From NCBI GenBank assembly GCA_044338135.1, contig JBIIMF010000001.1, positions 8,752 through 72,751 of the forward strand: a DNA stretch of 64,000 nucleotides, written 5' to 3'. Within the stretch, counting starts at the first letter, position 1; each line of letters begins with the position of its first letter. The notes under the pieces are model-generated. The model was not told where the DNA came from, did no database searches, and worked only from the letters and a program-made list of their open reading frames with translations. The DNA comes from Ilumatobacteraceae bacterium (GTDB lineage: Bacteria; Actinomycetota; Acidimicrobiia; Acidimicrobiales; Ilumatobacteraceae). Positions 48,352 to 57,486 of this stretch are shown piece by piece. Both the position numbers and the translations under genes were made by a program.

Positions 48352-49314
48352 ATGGGAATTAGCAACATTTGGGTATTCGCTCAAGTCGCCAATGGCGCAC
48401 CAACATCGGGTTCACTCGAATTGGTGACCAAGGCACGCACCTTTGGTGGAACAGTCAGCGTGTGGGTTGCCGGTGACGGCACCGCTGTTGCTGGTGCACT
48501 TGGTGAATACGGCGCAAGCAAAGTGTTCGCAGTTGACTACGGCCAGAACTTGGCTGGAGTTTCAGTTGCATCCGCGATGAAGGCAACAATTGATGGCGGC
48601 GAATCGCCCGACCTGATCATGTTCCCGCAGTCATACGAAGGTCGTGACGTGATGTCGCGCTTGTCAGTAAAGCTTGGTCGCACCGTGCTGACTAACAACG
48701 TCGAAATCGAAGCATCTGGTGATTCAGTTGCAGTGACGACGCCAATATTTGGTGGCAACACGTTGGTGACGACAACCTTCACTGGTGGTGCTCCGTACTT
48801 GGCAGCTTTCCGCCCGAAGTCGTTTAACCCCGAAGCATCGGGCGGAGCCGCAGCTGCTGTCCAAGCAGTCAGCGTGCCTGACCTTGGTGCAACCGGAACT
48901 GCAAAGGTCACCGCAGTACATGTTGAAGAGACAACTGGTCCCAAGCTCGACGAAGCAAACGTCGTTGTGTCGGGTGGACGCGGACTTGGCGAAAGCACCA
49001 ACTACGCCATGATCGAAACCTTGGCCAAGTTGCTCAAGGGTGCACCTGGCGCATCACGTGCCATTGTTGACGCCGGCTGGGTTCCGTACAGCTACCAAGT
49101 CGGTCAGACCGGCAAGGTTGTGAAGCCGAGCGTGTACATCGCTGCTGGTATTTCTGGCGCAACTCAGCACATGGTGGGTATGAAGGGTTCAAAGAACATC
49201 ATCGCCATCAACAAGGACAAGGAAGCGCCGATCTTCGGAATTGCCGACCTCGGAATTGTTGGAGACGTGCACAAGGTTCTGCCCAAGCTCATCGAAGCCT
49301 TGCAAGCCCGCTAA
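48352..49314 (+). CDS. etfA: Electron transfer flavoprotein subunit alpha
   Basis: C-terminal FAD-binding motifs VVSGGRG, SRAIVDAGW, VGQTGK, YIAAGISGATQH and IIAINKD. Confidence 0.9.
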   Translation: MGISNIWVFAQVANGAPTSGSLELVTKARTFGGTVSVWVAGDGTAVAGALGEYGASKVFAVDYGQNLAGVSVASAMKATIDGGESPDLIMFPQSYEGRDVMSRLSVKLGRTVLTNNVEIEASGDSVAVTTPIFGGNTLVTTTFTGGAPYLAAFRPKSFNPEASGGAAAAVQAVSVPDLGATGTAKVTAVHVEETTGPKLDEANVVVSGGRGLGESTNYAMIETLAKLLKGAPGASRAIVDAGWVPYSYQVGQTGKVVKPSVYIAAGISGATQHMVGMKGSKNIIAINKDKEAPIFGIADLGIVGDVHKVLPKLIEALQAR

Positions 49315-49340
49315 TTCACCTTTCAAACTGACTCATTCCA

Positions 49341-49399
49341 GCCACTTTGGAGTTTCGTTGCCGCCTAGCGGTAGCCAAATTCCAAAGTGGCTGTTTTTT
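49341..49399 (+). terminator. Rho-independent terminator downstream of etfA
   Basis: GCCACTTTGGA...TCCAAAGTGGC (11 perfect bp, extendable, with an inner CCGC-cta-GCGG) followed by a T6 run at 49394-49399. Confidence 0.6.
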
Positions 49400-49400
49400 A

Positions 49401-49449
49401 CCACTCTGTACTTTTGGTTCCGACAGTTGGAACTAAAAGTACAGAGTGG
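49401..49449. repeat. Second long hairpin (21-bp stem with one G-U pair) sharing end motifs with the preceding hairpin
   Basis: CCACTCTGTACTTTTGGTTCC-gacagtt-GGAACTAAAAGTACAGAGTGG. Both hairpins start CCACT(T/C)TG and end CA(A/G)AGTGGCTG. Confidence 0.55.
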
Positions 49450-49463
49450 CTGAATTTGGCGGG

Positions 49464-50498
49464 TTAGTGGGTTTCGGTTTGGGTTGTGCGGTCGTGGGCG
49501 AGGAGGGCGATGGTGATGTCGTTATCGGGATCCTCAGCCACCAAGTTCAGCTCAAAAGGATGACGACTGTCCGTGTCAACCCGGAACCAGTGCAATGCTT
49601 GAGCCGTATCGCCTACCTCATGACTCAATGCCCCTGTATCTCGTAACTCATCCCACTCTTCGGTGAACCCGCCGATCGCGGCCAGTAACCACCACACTCC
49701 GAAGCGACCGAGAGCGGCCCCACGACGACGTCCGTGTGCTCCACCTGACGACCCACACCATGCGAGCCACTGCAATGCCTGCTCGCTTGTGAGTGGAGTC
49801 AGTCGAAACGAATGATGACCGAGAGCGCTCATTGCATCGTTGATGGTCCCGTCGACCACGACCGAAGTGGCTTGTCCGCCCGATGAAGATGTCCACGGCT
49901 CAACAAGTGAACGCAATGCGTCACGTACAAACGGATCGTCGACAATCATGTCGTCGGAGATTTCGTCGGCTTCAATACTGGTCCAGTCGTGGCGCCAGAT
50001 ATCGCTCGGTGACGGCGCATCAATTCCGCTATCAGAATATGTTGCGATTGGGTATGACGGCTCCCATGTCTGCAACTCAAGAGGAAGATCGAGAACATCA
50101 AGTACATCCCCAACATCGGAACGCTTGATTGCTTCGCCACGGATGATGCGCTCGTGCGCGATGAACGCTGATCGGGGTCCGTCGGTCAACAATTCCTTTA
50201 AGTCAGACCACGAATGGTTCTGCGCGACTACTTCAGTTAATGGACCAATCGTGAATCGACCGCCATCTTCTTGCAACACTTGAGCGGCCCACTTGGTATC
50301 GGCGTGTAAGGCCAATCGATATTCGGCCAATGTTGTAGCGGGCCACACTTGACGGCCAGTTTCTGTGGCGAGACGGGCACGTTCGCGAATACGAAAGAGA
50401 CCTTCCCAATCACGTGTCTCACAACGCGCATCAATAAGTCGAACCAACCCATCAAGGTCGGCACGATCAATCAAAGGATCAAGGTCTTCGTCATTCAT
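49464..50498 (-). CDS. Hypothetical protein
   Basis: 344-aa ORF, 18 nt downstream of and co-oriented with the SCO1664-family gene. No motif recognised. Confidence 0.5.
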   Translation of the reverse strand: MNDEDLDPLIDRADLDGLVRLIDARCETRDWEGLFRIRERARLATETGRQVWPATTLAEYRLALHADTKWAAQVLQEDGGRFTIGPLTEVVAQNHSWSDLKELLTDGPRSAFIAHERIIRGEAIKRSDVGDVLDVLDLPLELQTWEPSYPIATYSDSGIDAPSPSDIWRHDWTSIEADEISDDMIVDDPFVRDALRSLVEPWTSSSGGQATSVVVDGTINDAMSALGHHSFRLTPLTSEQALQWLAWCGSSGGAHGRRRGAALGRFGVWWLLAAIGGFTEEWDELRDTGALSHEVGDTAQALHWFRVDTDSRHPFELNLVAEDPDNDITIALLAHDRTTQTETH

Positions 50499-50516
50499 CC
50501 GAATTCAACAGAATTT

Positions 50517-51209
50517 TCAGACCATGGGCCAGGGGTAGCGTTGGCCAGATGCATCAATGGGGAACATACCACCTTGAGCGAGCATAGAAGCGCGTTCGAT
50601 CATCGCGTCAATCTCGTCGGCATCGAGTAATGCAGCAACCTCGAGTGGCGGACGATCAACAACTCGTTGAATCTTTGCAATCAGTTCTGGTGTTAATGAT
50701 TCGCCCCCGAACTCCCAAATGACGGTACGCAATTTGAATTCAGCAGAGAAACACAATCCTTGGTCGATACCCCAAATACGATCGTCATTGTCAATGAGGC
50801 AATGTCCACTCTTGCGATCGGTGTTATTGGCAACGATGTCAAAAGCAGCCATCTTGCGAAACTGGTCGTGTAAATCTTCGCGAGCTTCGTACAGCGTGAA
50901 GTAGTGCTCTTCAAAGCGTGCATCAATGAACCACTGCAACGATCCAATTCCAAAAGGGCCTTCGCGTTCGACCGTCGGAGGTATGACATGCAGATCCATT
51001 GCCTCTGACAAGAGGTATGCCGCAACTTCACGTTGATATAACCCGGCCGGAAAATCCCATAGGGGTCGTTCGCCGCGCAATGGCTTGTAAATTCCTTTGC
51101 CGACTTGATCGCCGAGCGTCAAGTTGACGAGGAAAGTCGCATTGCTGCTGTAGGGCATACGACCTTCAACTTCGATCTCGCCATATTGCAGTACTTCTAA
51201 GATATTCAT
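50517..51209 (-). CDS. SCO1664 family protein (PI3/PI4-kinase-like fold)
   Basis: The kinase-like catalytic loop NNTDRKSGHCL and IDQGLCF. The start at MNILEVLQ (51209) avoids overlap with the upstream gene. Confidence 0.7.
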   Translation of the reverse strand: MNILEVLQYGEIEVEGRMPYSSNATFLVNLTLGDQVGKGIYKPLRGERPLWDFPAGLYQREVAAYLLSEAMDLHVIPPTVEREGPFGIGSLQWFIDARFEEHYFTLYEAREDLHDQFRKMAAFDIVANNTDRKSGHCLIDNDDRIWGIDQGLCFSAEFKLRTVIWEFGGESLTPELIAKIQRVVDRPPLEVAALLDADEIDAMIERASMLAQGGMFPIDASGQRYPWPMV

Positions 51210-51241
51210 GAGGGGACGCTCATTAGGACAGATCGAAGTAA

Positions 51242-51778
51242 TTAGTTCATGCGAGGGCAGAAATGGCCATCGGGGTTGATAGGAAGTTCGCAATACTCGC
51301 AATCGGGCCGCCCCGCCGAAACGATGCGATCGGCATTGTCACAAAAAGCCATTGCTTGTGCACGGGTCATGCTGACACGGGCACGGGCGCCTGACGTGTT
51401 CTCGAGATCGTCTTCGTCTTCTTCTTCAAGGTCGTCTTCGTCATCATCTTGCGATAGTGGGGCAAATTCTTTGAGGTGCAAAACAAATTCATCATTTGAG
51501 CGATTGAACTCGAGAGCAATCGCCCCAAGAACAAAGGCTTCTTGAACTGGTTCGGCCAGTTGCATCACTGATCGAGGCGGTTGGCCCTCTGGCACTGGCA
51601 AGTGGGCGAGGGCTCGACGAAGGTATTTGCCGATTGCGGCGACTTGTTGCTTTTCTGACCTGATAGTCACCGTGCGTACACCGGCACGGGCTTGAATATA
51701 AAAAGTGCGTCGTCCGGGTTCGCCAACAGCACCTGCAGTGATGACATCAACGAAATCAAAATCGGCAAAGAAATCCAT
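51242..51778 (-). CDS. DUF3090 domain-containing protein
   Basis: N-terminal FDFVDVITAGAVGEPGRRTFYIQA, an acidic run, and C-terminal CEYC...FCPRMN zinc-ribbon-like motif. Confidence 0.75.
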   Translation of the reverse strand: MDFFADFDFVDVITAGAVGEPGRRTFYIQARAGVRTVTIRSEKQQVAAIGKYLRRALAHLPVPEGQPPRSVMQLAEPVQEAFVLGAIALEFNRSNDEFVLHLKEFAPLSQDDDEDDLEEEDEDDLENTSGARARVSMTRAQAMAFCDNADRIVSAGRPDCEYCELPINPDGHFCPRMN

Positions 51779-51786
51779 TGCCTACC

Positions 51787-52446
51787 TCACGAAGGGCGGA
51801 GATCGCCAAGCGATCCGCCAGTCGAATTGACGTTGAGAACAATGGGCCCACCAGCGGTGTACGCGATTGCCGAAACCGAACATGTACTAATCACGATGCG
51901 CTGGAAAAGATCGATGTGTGTTCCCATGGCGTGAGCTACGGCGGCCTTGATGGGGTCGGCATGTGAAACACACACAATAACTCCGCCGCGATGTTGCGCG
52001 ACTAATCGATCAATCGCTGAAACCATGCGAGTTTGCATTTCGGTGAAACTCTCGCCATTCGGAAAACGAAATGTTGACGGCGCACGTTGAACTGTGGACC
52101 ATTCGGGAAGTTTCATCAGTTTGCTGAGCTCTGCGCCAGTCCAGTCGCCAAACTCACATTCAAGTAAACCCTTATCGATCTTGGTACGTAAACCCAAAGA
52201 GCGTGCGATAGGTGCAGCAGTTTCGCGAGCACGTTCAAGCGGTGAGGCGTAAATGGCATCAACTTTTTTCAACCCAGCAAAGCGCTCGGCAGCGGCCTCG
52301 GCCTGTTTGATTCCGGCTTCGGCAAGATGCAAGCCGGGAGCGCGACCTGGCAAAAGCTTGCCAGTTGTTGGTGTCTGTCCATGACGAACGAGCAGTACCA
52401 AAGTTGATGAAGGTGGGGCTGACTTCATGGCTTTTTTCGCAGTCAT
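51787..52446 (-). CDS. Histidine phosphatase family protein (MSMEG_4193-type putative phosphomutase)
   Basis: RHG motif LLVRHGQT and a second catalytic His (CVSHADPIKA). The start at MTAKKAM (52446) avoids overlap with the upstream esterase gene. Confidence 0.8.
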   Translation of the reverse strand: MTAKKAMKSAPPSSTLVLLVRHGQTPTTGKLLPGRAPGLHLAEAGIKQAEAAAERFAGLKKVDAIYASPLERARETAAPIARSLGLRTKIDKGLLECEFGDWTGAELSKLMKLPEWSTVQRAPSTFRFPNGESFTEMQTRMVSAIDRLVAQHRGGVIVCVSHADPIKAAVAHAMGTHIDLFQRIVISTCSVSAIAYTAGGPIVLNVNSTGGSLGDLRPS

Positions 52447-52487
52447 AACACGTGCCAACCTAGTGGCAAATTGACTACTTTGCCTTG

Positions 52488-53399
52488 TCAGCGTTCGAGA
52501 GCAATACGAGTCGCAGCAGCAGCTTGGGCAATTGCACATGCTCCGTCGTCGACGAATTGACTCATTGAAAAGAATCCATGCACCTGCCCGTAATAACGGG
52601 TGACCGAACACGCGACGCCTGCTTCAATGAGTCGTTGCGCGTATTGTTCGCCTTCGTCGCGGAGCGGATCGTATTCGGCTGTAATCACGATCGCGGGTGG
52701 GGCTGAGGCAAGAGTGGTTGCATCGGCGAACAAAGGCGAAACTCGCGGATCGGTTGGTGTACCAATTGAACCACTGAGGTAGTGATCGCAGAACCATTTC
52801 ATTCCCGCAGCCGTCAAGCGATAACCGTCACCATTGTCTTTGTAGCTTTGCGAGCTACGTGTTGCGTCTGTGACTGGATAAATGAGCATCTGAAACTTGA
52901 GTGGTACTGGCTGCAGATTGGCGACGACAGCCGCCAAGTTTCCTCCTGCAGAATCTCCACCGACTGCAATGCGGGTTGCATCAATGCCGAGTTCTGCGGC
53001 ATTCGCATATGCCCAGCGCAACGCCACGATGCAATCGTTAAGCGGTTCGGGGAACGCGAACTCGGGAGCCAATCGGTACTCGACTGACAACACTGCATGT
53101 CCCATCGCCAGCGCAAGTTTGCGACAGACATCGTCGTGTGTATTGATACTTCCGAGTACCCAACCGCCACCGTGGTAGAACACCAAGAGTCCGAGGCCTT
53201 TGCGGTCATTCGGGCGATACAGGCGAGCCGAGACACCATCGGCATTGACTTCTCGAATCTCATGTAGTTCAACAGTTGATGGCGCAGTCATCATTTCCAT
53301 ACCTGCACGAGCAACGGATGGTTCTTGGGTTTCGAGTGCAGGAGCATTCATCTGCTCCATAACGACTAACAGTGCTGCGGTTTGTGGGTGAAGTGCCAT
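52488..53399 (-). CDS. Alpha/beta hydrolase (hormone-sensitive-lipase-type esterase)
   Basis: Oxyanion HGGGW, nucleophile GDSAGG, and a C-terminal DPLRDE...HGF catalytic Asp/His. Confidence 0.85.
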   Translation of the reverse strand: MALHPQTAALLVVMEQMNAPALETQEPSVARAGMEMMTAPSTVELHEIREVNADGVSARLYRPNDRKGLGLLVFYHGGGWVLGSINTHDDVCRKLALAMGHAVLSVEYRLAPEFAFPEPLNDCIVALRWAYANAAELGIDATRIAVGGDSAGGNLAAVVANLQPVPLKFQMLIYPVTDATRSSQSYKDNGDGYRLTAAGMKWFCDHYLSGSIGTPTDPRVSPLFADATTLASAPPAIVITAEYDPLRDEGEQYAQRLIEAGVACSVTRYYGQVHGFFSMSQFVDDGACAIAQAAAATRIALER

Positions 53400-53426
53400 G
53401 GCAATATCTTGCCATTGACGACAGCG

Positions 53427-54020
53427 TTACTTCGTCTTGAGATTGGTTTCGTTGCCAGCAAGTAGTCGCTTGAGATTTGGGACATGACGCCACACAACAA
53501 AAGCACAGAGTCCGACACCAGTCAGTACTTCGCCGGCCGGGCGGCCAATGATGATCTGTGAAACCGGAAGGCCGATGGCGATCGCCAATGAACCAAGGGA
53601 TGCTTTCTTGGTGACTTTGGCGGTAACGAGCCACAGCAATGTCATGGCAATGCCGAGCAGGGGATAGAGGGCGATCATTCCGCCGCCGGCTGTAGCGACG
53701 CCTTTGCCACCTTTGAACTTACGCGTGACTGGAAAAACATGGCCAACGACCGCAGCACAAGCCAAGGCCAATGCTCCGGCGTAACCCGCGATCAAAAAGC
53801 CCACGCCCACGGAGATTGCACCTTTGAGTCCATCAAGAACAAAAACAAGAACACCAAGTTTGCGGCCCAAGAGCCGGCCCACATTTGAAGCGCCCGGATT
53901 TCCTGAACCATTGGTTGTGATGTCGATACCGCGGCCGCGCGCGATGATGACCGCACTGGGGAAGGTGCCGAGCATGTAGGCGACGGGTATAAGCAACAAA
54001 ATGGGAATCACTGCGTCCAT
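53427..54020 (-). CDS. plsY: Glycerol-3-phosphate acyltransferase PlsY
   Basis: GSGNPGASNV, FKGGKGVAT and a multi-TM protein of about 200 aa. Confidence 0.9.
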   Translation of the reverse strand: MDAVIPILLLIPVAYMLGTFPSAVIIARGRGIDITTNGSGNPGASNVGRLLGRKLGVLVFVLDGLKGAISVGVGFLIAGYAGALALACAAVVGHVFPVTRKFKGGKGVATAGGGMIALYPLLGIAMTLLWLVTAKVTKKASLGSLAIAIGLPVSQIIIGRPAGEVLTGVGLCAFVVWRHVPNLKRLLAGNETNLKTK

Positions 54021-54122
54021 CTTTATGGCTCGCGCTGAGTGAATGGGGGACTATCTCAGAAGGGCCTCTTTTACCAGTGGGTATCGCGCGGGCGCGCGCG
54101 TCAGGTCGGTACTCTGCCTTCA

Positions 54123-55490
54123 ATGTCTGACGAGTCAAAATATGGTGAAAGCGCGCCTCGAGTTCGACGCAGCACCGCCACGTCAGCCTTTGGTGCATCG
54201 AAACGCGAGGGCCACGATGCATCGGCTTTTTACGCCCGTTTTCGCACGCCCGATATATCGTCAGATGACACGTTGGCCGATCCGGGGTTAGTCGACCCCA
54301 TTCGAAATCAGATCTTCGTCGGCGATTCTCGCGATATGTCGCGAGTCCCCAACAACTCAGTCGGGTTGGTGGTGACGTCACCTCCTTATTTCGCCGGCAA
54401 GGCCTACGAAGAGGCTCTGGGTGAGGGTCATATTCCGGCCGACTATGTCGAATATCTAGAAATGCTGACCGAGGTTTTCGCCGAATGCCAGCGGGTACTT
54501 GAGCCGGGTGGACGCATTGTCGTGAACGTGGCCAACTTGGGTCGCCGACCCTTCCGTTCATTGGCTTCTGACATCACGACAATCTTGCAAGATGAACTTG
54601 GTTTCTTGTTGCGAGGCGAAGTGGTGTGGCTCAAGCAGCGCGGGTCGTCGGGGAGTTGTGCTTGGGGTTCGTTTAGGTCGCCAACGAATCCAGTTTTACG
54701 CGATACGACTGAACGATTGATCATGGCCAGCAAGGGCCGCTTTGATCGGGCAATGGTGCCGGCCAAGCGCGCGAAACGTGGGCTGCCATCGGTTTCAACA
54801 TCGACATCAGATGAATTCATTGAAGCAACGATTGATGTGTGGGAGATCCAACCCGAAAGTGCGACGCGGGTGAATCATCCAGCACCATTCCCAGTCACAC
54901 TTGCGGAGCGTTGTATTGATCTGTATTCATTTAAGGGTGATCTCATCCTTGATCCGTTCATGGGATCGGGTTCAACAGCGATCGCAGCCTCACGCTTGTC
55001 GCGATCGTTCGTGGGATTTGATACTGATGAGAATTACGTAGAGCGTGCGATGCAACGCGTTGTCGACGATGGACAGCCTCGAGTTAATGAAGAACAACGC
55101 TCAATCCGCGATGTGGTTGAGGAGATTTTGATACTCAACAATTTCCACAAAATCGTGTGGGGGCAAAAGGTTCTGACCGGATTTGAAATCGCGGGTAAGG
55201 CAACACGTCCCGATGGTCGAACGATCTTGTTTGATATTGCTGGTGGCCTCACGAATGTGCGACCAGGTTTATCACGCGGTGATTTGTTGTGGCGAGCCAT
55301 CGGCCGAGCAGCAGTGGTCACCGAAGTATTTCCCGGCGAAAGGCTCGTGGTTTTCACTTCTGCACTTCCCGAAAAGTTGAGTGGTGGGAATGCTCTGGCA
55401 GTCGTCGTTGGGCCAGGAATGCCGATCACGGCCGTGATTGATGTCAGCGATTTTGAATCGGCGCGTCATCATCCGGTGTTGGGCGATTAG
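54123..55490 (+). CDS. Site-specific DNA methyltransferase (N6-adenine/N4-cytosine, beta-class motif order) with extra C-terminal domain
   Basis: Catalytic SPPY (VVTSPPYFAGKAYE) lies upstream of the SAM motif DPFMGSGST. The last 140 aa or so carry no recognisable motif. ATG at 54123 chosen. Confidence 0.8.
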   Translation: MSDESKYGESAPRVRRSTATSAFGASKREGHDASAFYARFRTPDISSDDTLADPGLVDPIRNQIFVGDSRDMSRVPNNSVGLVVTSPPYFAGKAYEEALGEGHIPADYVEYLEMLTEVFAECQRVLEPGGRIVVNVANLGRRPFRSLASDITTILQDELGFLLRGEVVWLKQRGSSGSCAWGSFRSPTNPVLRDTTERLIMASKGRFDRAMVPAKRAKRGLPSVSTSTSDEFIEATIDVWEIQPESATRVNHPAPFPVTLAERCIDLYSFKGDLILDPFMGSGSTAIAASRLSRSFVGFDTDENYVERAMQRVVDDGQPRVNEEQRSIRDVVEEILILNNFHKIVWGQKVLTGFEIAGKATRPDGRTILFDIAGGLTNVRPGLSRGDLLWRAIGRAAVVTEVFPGERLVVFTSALPEKLSGGNALAVVVGPGMPITAVIDVSDFESARHHPVLGD

Positions 55491-55525
55491 ACCCTCGTTT
55501 CCGGGGTGTTTTCGCGCCCAATGAA

Positions 55526-57421
55526 CTAGATCTTGAGGGCAGCGCGACGGGCTTCGAGAACTGCTTCAAGGATTGTGCGCGGCGCAACACAGTCGCCAAT
55601 TTGAAGCGCACCATCTATCGGGTCTGTGGGCAATCTGAAGCCAGCATCAACCACAGCCGCACATTCGAGCTCGGTCAGTTCACCCGAAAAGCGATCTTGG
55701 ACACGTACAACAAAATTCATGGCTCGCTTTTCAACTGCACGAACAACACTGCGTCGTTGAACGCGAGCGCCACGTTGAGCAAGTCGAACGTTGGCTGGTG
55801 CAAGATCGCCTGTACGAGATAATTCGTTACCTGCAATATTGTCGGGTGTCACCAAGATTGCTCGTTCGCCAAGTTCTTCAGCGAGCGAAACGCCAATGGG
55901 TCCGCCGATCGGATCAAGAATGATGACGACCCCAGATTCGGGAAGCGACAATTTGCCGCAACGAACGTCGGCGATATCGAGCACTTCTGCCCCGACACCA
56001 ACCTCGTATTCAGCAAACCCACGCTGAGCTCCTGTGGCTTGAACGACAACCTGCGATGGGTTGGTAGAAGCATTCTTAAATTCGCTATTAAGTTCAACCG
56101 TGACACCAAGGCGTTCAATTTCTGACTTCAACCATGAGATCAGCGGTTGCCCAGGTCCGGCGACGGCAGCAATGCCGCCGATGTTTGACGCCTTTTCAAC
56201 GATGGTGACTACGTGACCTCGTAATGTCGCGACTCGTGCAGTTTCAAGTCCGGCGATACCGGCACCTATGACAGTGATTGTTCGCGGCGACTTTGACGAC
56301 GCATACCAATCGGGATCTTGTAACTCGTGGCCCGATGTTGGTTCGCTGACACAAGTCACGATTGGGTTGCGAGCATCGCGCACTTGGCAGGTTTGATTAC
56401 AGCGGATACACGGACGAATCTGTGCTTGCTGATCATTTTTGATTTTGTGTACGAGTTCAGGGTCGGCGATTTGTGCGCGAGTCATTTCAACTGCGTCGCA
56501 CACGCCGTCGCTCATTGCCCATTCGGCTTGACCTACTTCAACTATTGAACCTTGCAAGAAAACTGCGACATGAGCAGGCAGTGCCGAGCGGATAGAACGA
56601 CACACATCAATGTTGAAGCCAGTTGGTTCATGAAAATCTGGACGTGTCTTTTCTACGGAGAAAATTGACCCACGAACCACAACGACATAATCAATTCCGA
56701 GTCCGCATAATTCGCGAGCGATTTCTGGCGCCATCTCGGGTGTGATACCAGCCCACGGTGCAAGTTCGTCACACGACAATCGCAAACCAATCACAGCATC
56801 TGCACGTACTGCAAGTGCCGCGCTCTTAACCGCATGAACTACTTGTCGCGCGAAAAGCAGACGATCGGCATATTCGTCACCACGTTGGTTAGTGAGTCCA
56901 GATAAAAACTGCCGAACCAAACTGTGTTGTCCAGCGTTGATTTCGACGCCGTCGCACCCAGCGCTGATGGCGATGCGAGTGGCAGCGCCAAAACCTTCGA
57001 TGACTGCAACGATGTCTTCGTGTTCCATCCATTTGGGAACTTCACGAGAGTTGACTTCAGGTACGCGCGACGGAGCCCACAGCGGTTGTTGCGAGTAAGC
57101 CGACGAACCTTGTCCTCCGGCATGATTGAGCGAAGCAATGACAAGCGCACCATGGCGATGGCACGCCTCGGCAATATCGGCCCATCCATCGGCACAACGA
57201 CTTGCGAGAGGAGCGCGTTCGTAAGGCCAGTCACTGTCGTGAACACTTGCACCTTCGATAACGATGGTGCCGCAGCCACCTTTGGCGCGACGTTCGTAGT
57301 AGGCGACATGGTCGGGCGAGAATGAACGTTCGTCGTTGCCTAAGTTCGTGACATGAGGTCCGAACATCACTCGATTAGGAGTGGTTCGCGAACCGAGCGA
57401 CAGCGGCTGAACTAGTGACAT
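55526..57421 (-). CDS. FadH/OYE family NADH:flavin oxidoreductase (2,4-dienoyl-CoA reductase-like; mycofactocin-system associated type)
   Basis: N-terminal OYE TIM barrel, 4Fe-4S motif CIRCNQTCQVRD...C, and C-terminal Rossmann VIGAGIAGLE. Immediately downstream of mftC. Confidence 0.8.
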   Translation of the reverse strand: MSLVQPLSLGSRTTPNRVMFGPHVTNLGNDERSFSPDHVAYYERRAKGGCGTIVIEGASVHDSDWPYERAPLASRCADGWADIAEACHRHGALVIASLNHAGGQGSSAYSQQPLWAPSRVPEVNSREVPKWMEHEDIVAVIEGFGAATRIAISAGCDGVEINAGQHSLVRQFLSGLTNQRGDEYADRLLFARQVVHAVKSAALAVRADAVIGLRLSCDELAPWAGITPEMAPEIARELCGLGIDYVVVVRGSIFSVEKTRPDFHEPTGFNIDVCRSIRSALPAHVAVFLQGSIVEVGQAEWAMSDGVCDAVEMTRAQIADPELVHKIKNDQQAQIRPCIRCNQTCQVRDARNPIVTCVSEPTSGHELQDPDWYASSKSPRTITVIGAGIAGLETARVATLRGHVVTIVEKASNIGGIAAVAGPGQPLISWLKSEIERLGVTVELNSEFKNASTNPSQVVVQATGAQRGFAEYEVGVGAEVLDIADVRCGKLSLPESGVVIILDPIGGPIGVSLAEELGERAILVTPDNIAGNELSRTGDLAPANVRLAQRGARVQRRSVVRAVEKRAMNFVVRVQDRFSGELTELECAAVVDAGFRLPTDPIDGALQIGDCVAPRTILEAVLEARRAALKI

Positions 57422-57486
57422 CGCCTACAGTCTCGCTGATTTTCGGCAAAATCGGAAACTATTCGCCGAGGTATTTTCGGAGAGTT

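Noticed and set aside
51210-51302. Apparent 61-nt overlap between the DUF3090 and SCO1664-family ORFs, and similar long N-terminal extensions at 52447-52611 and 26129-26191
   Set aside because: Internal start codons give N-termini that match the family patterns and remove the overlaps, so these are ORF-finder extensions and not real overlaps or frameshifts.
53833-54561. 242-aa Arg-rich minus-strand ORF spanning the plsY 5' end and the methyltransferase 5' end
   Set aside because: It overlaps two well-supported genes, its composition (R/P/C/H-rich) is typical of an antisense or off-frame reading, and it has no motif.
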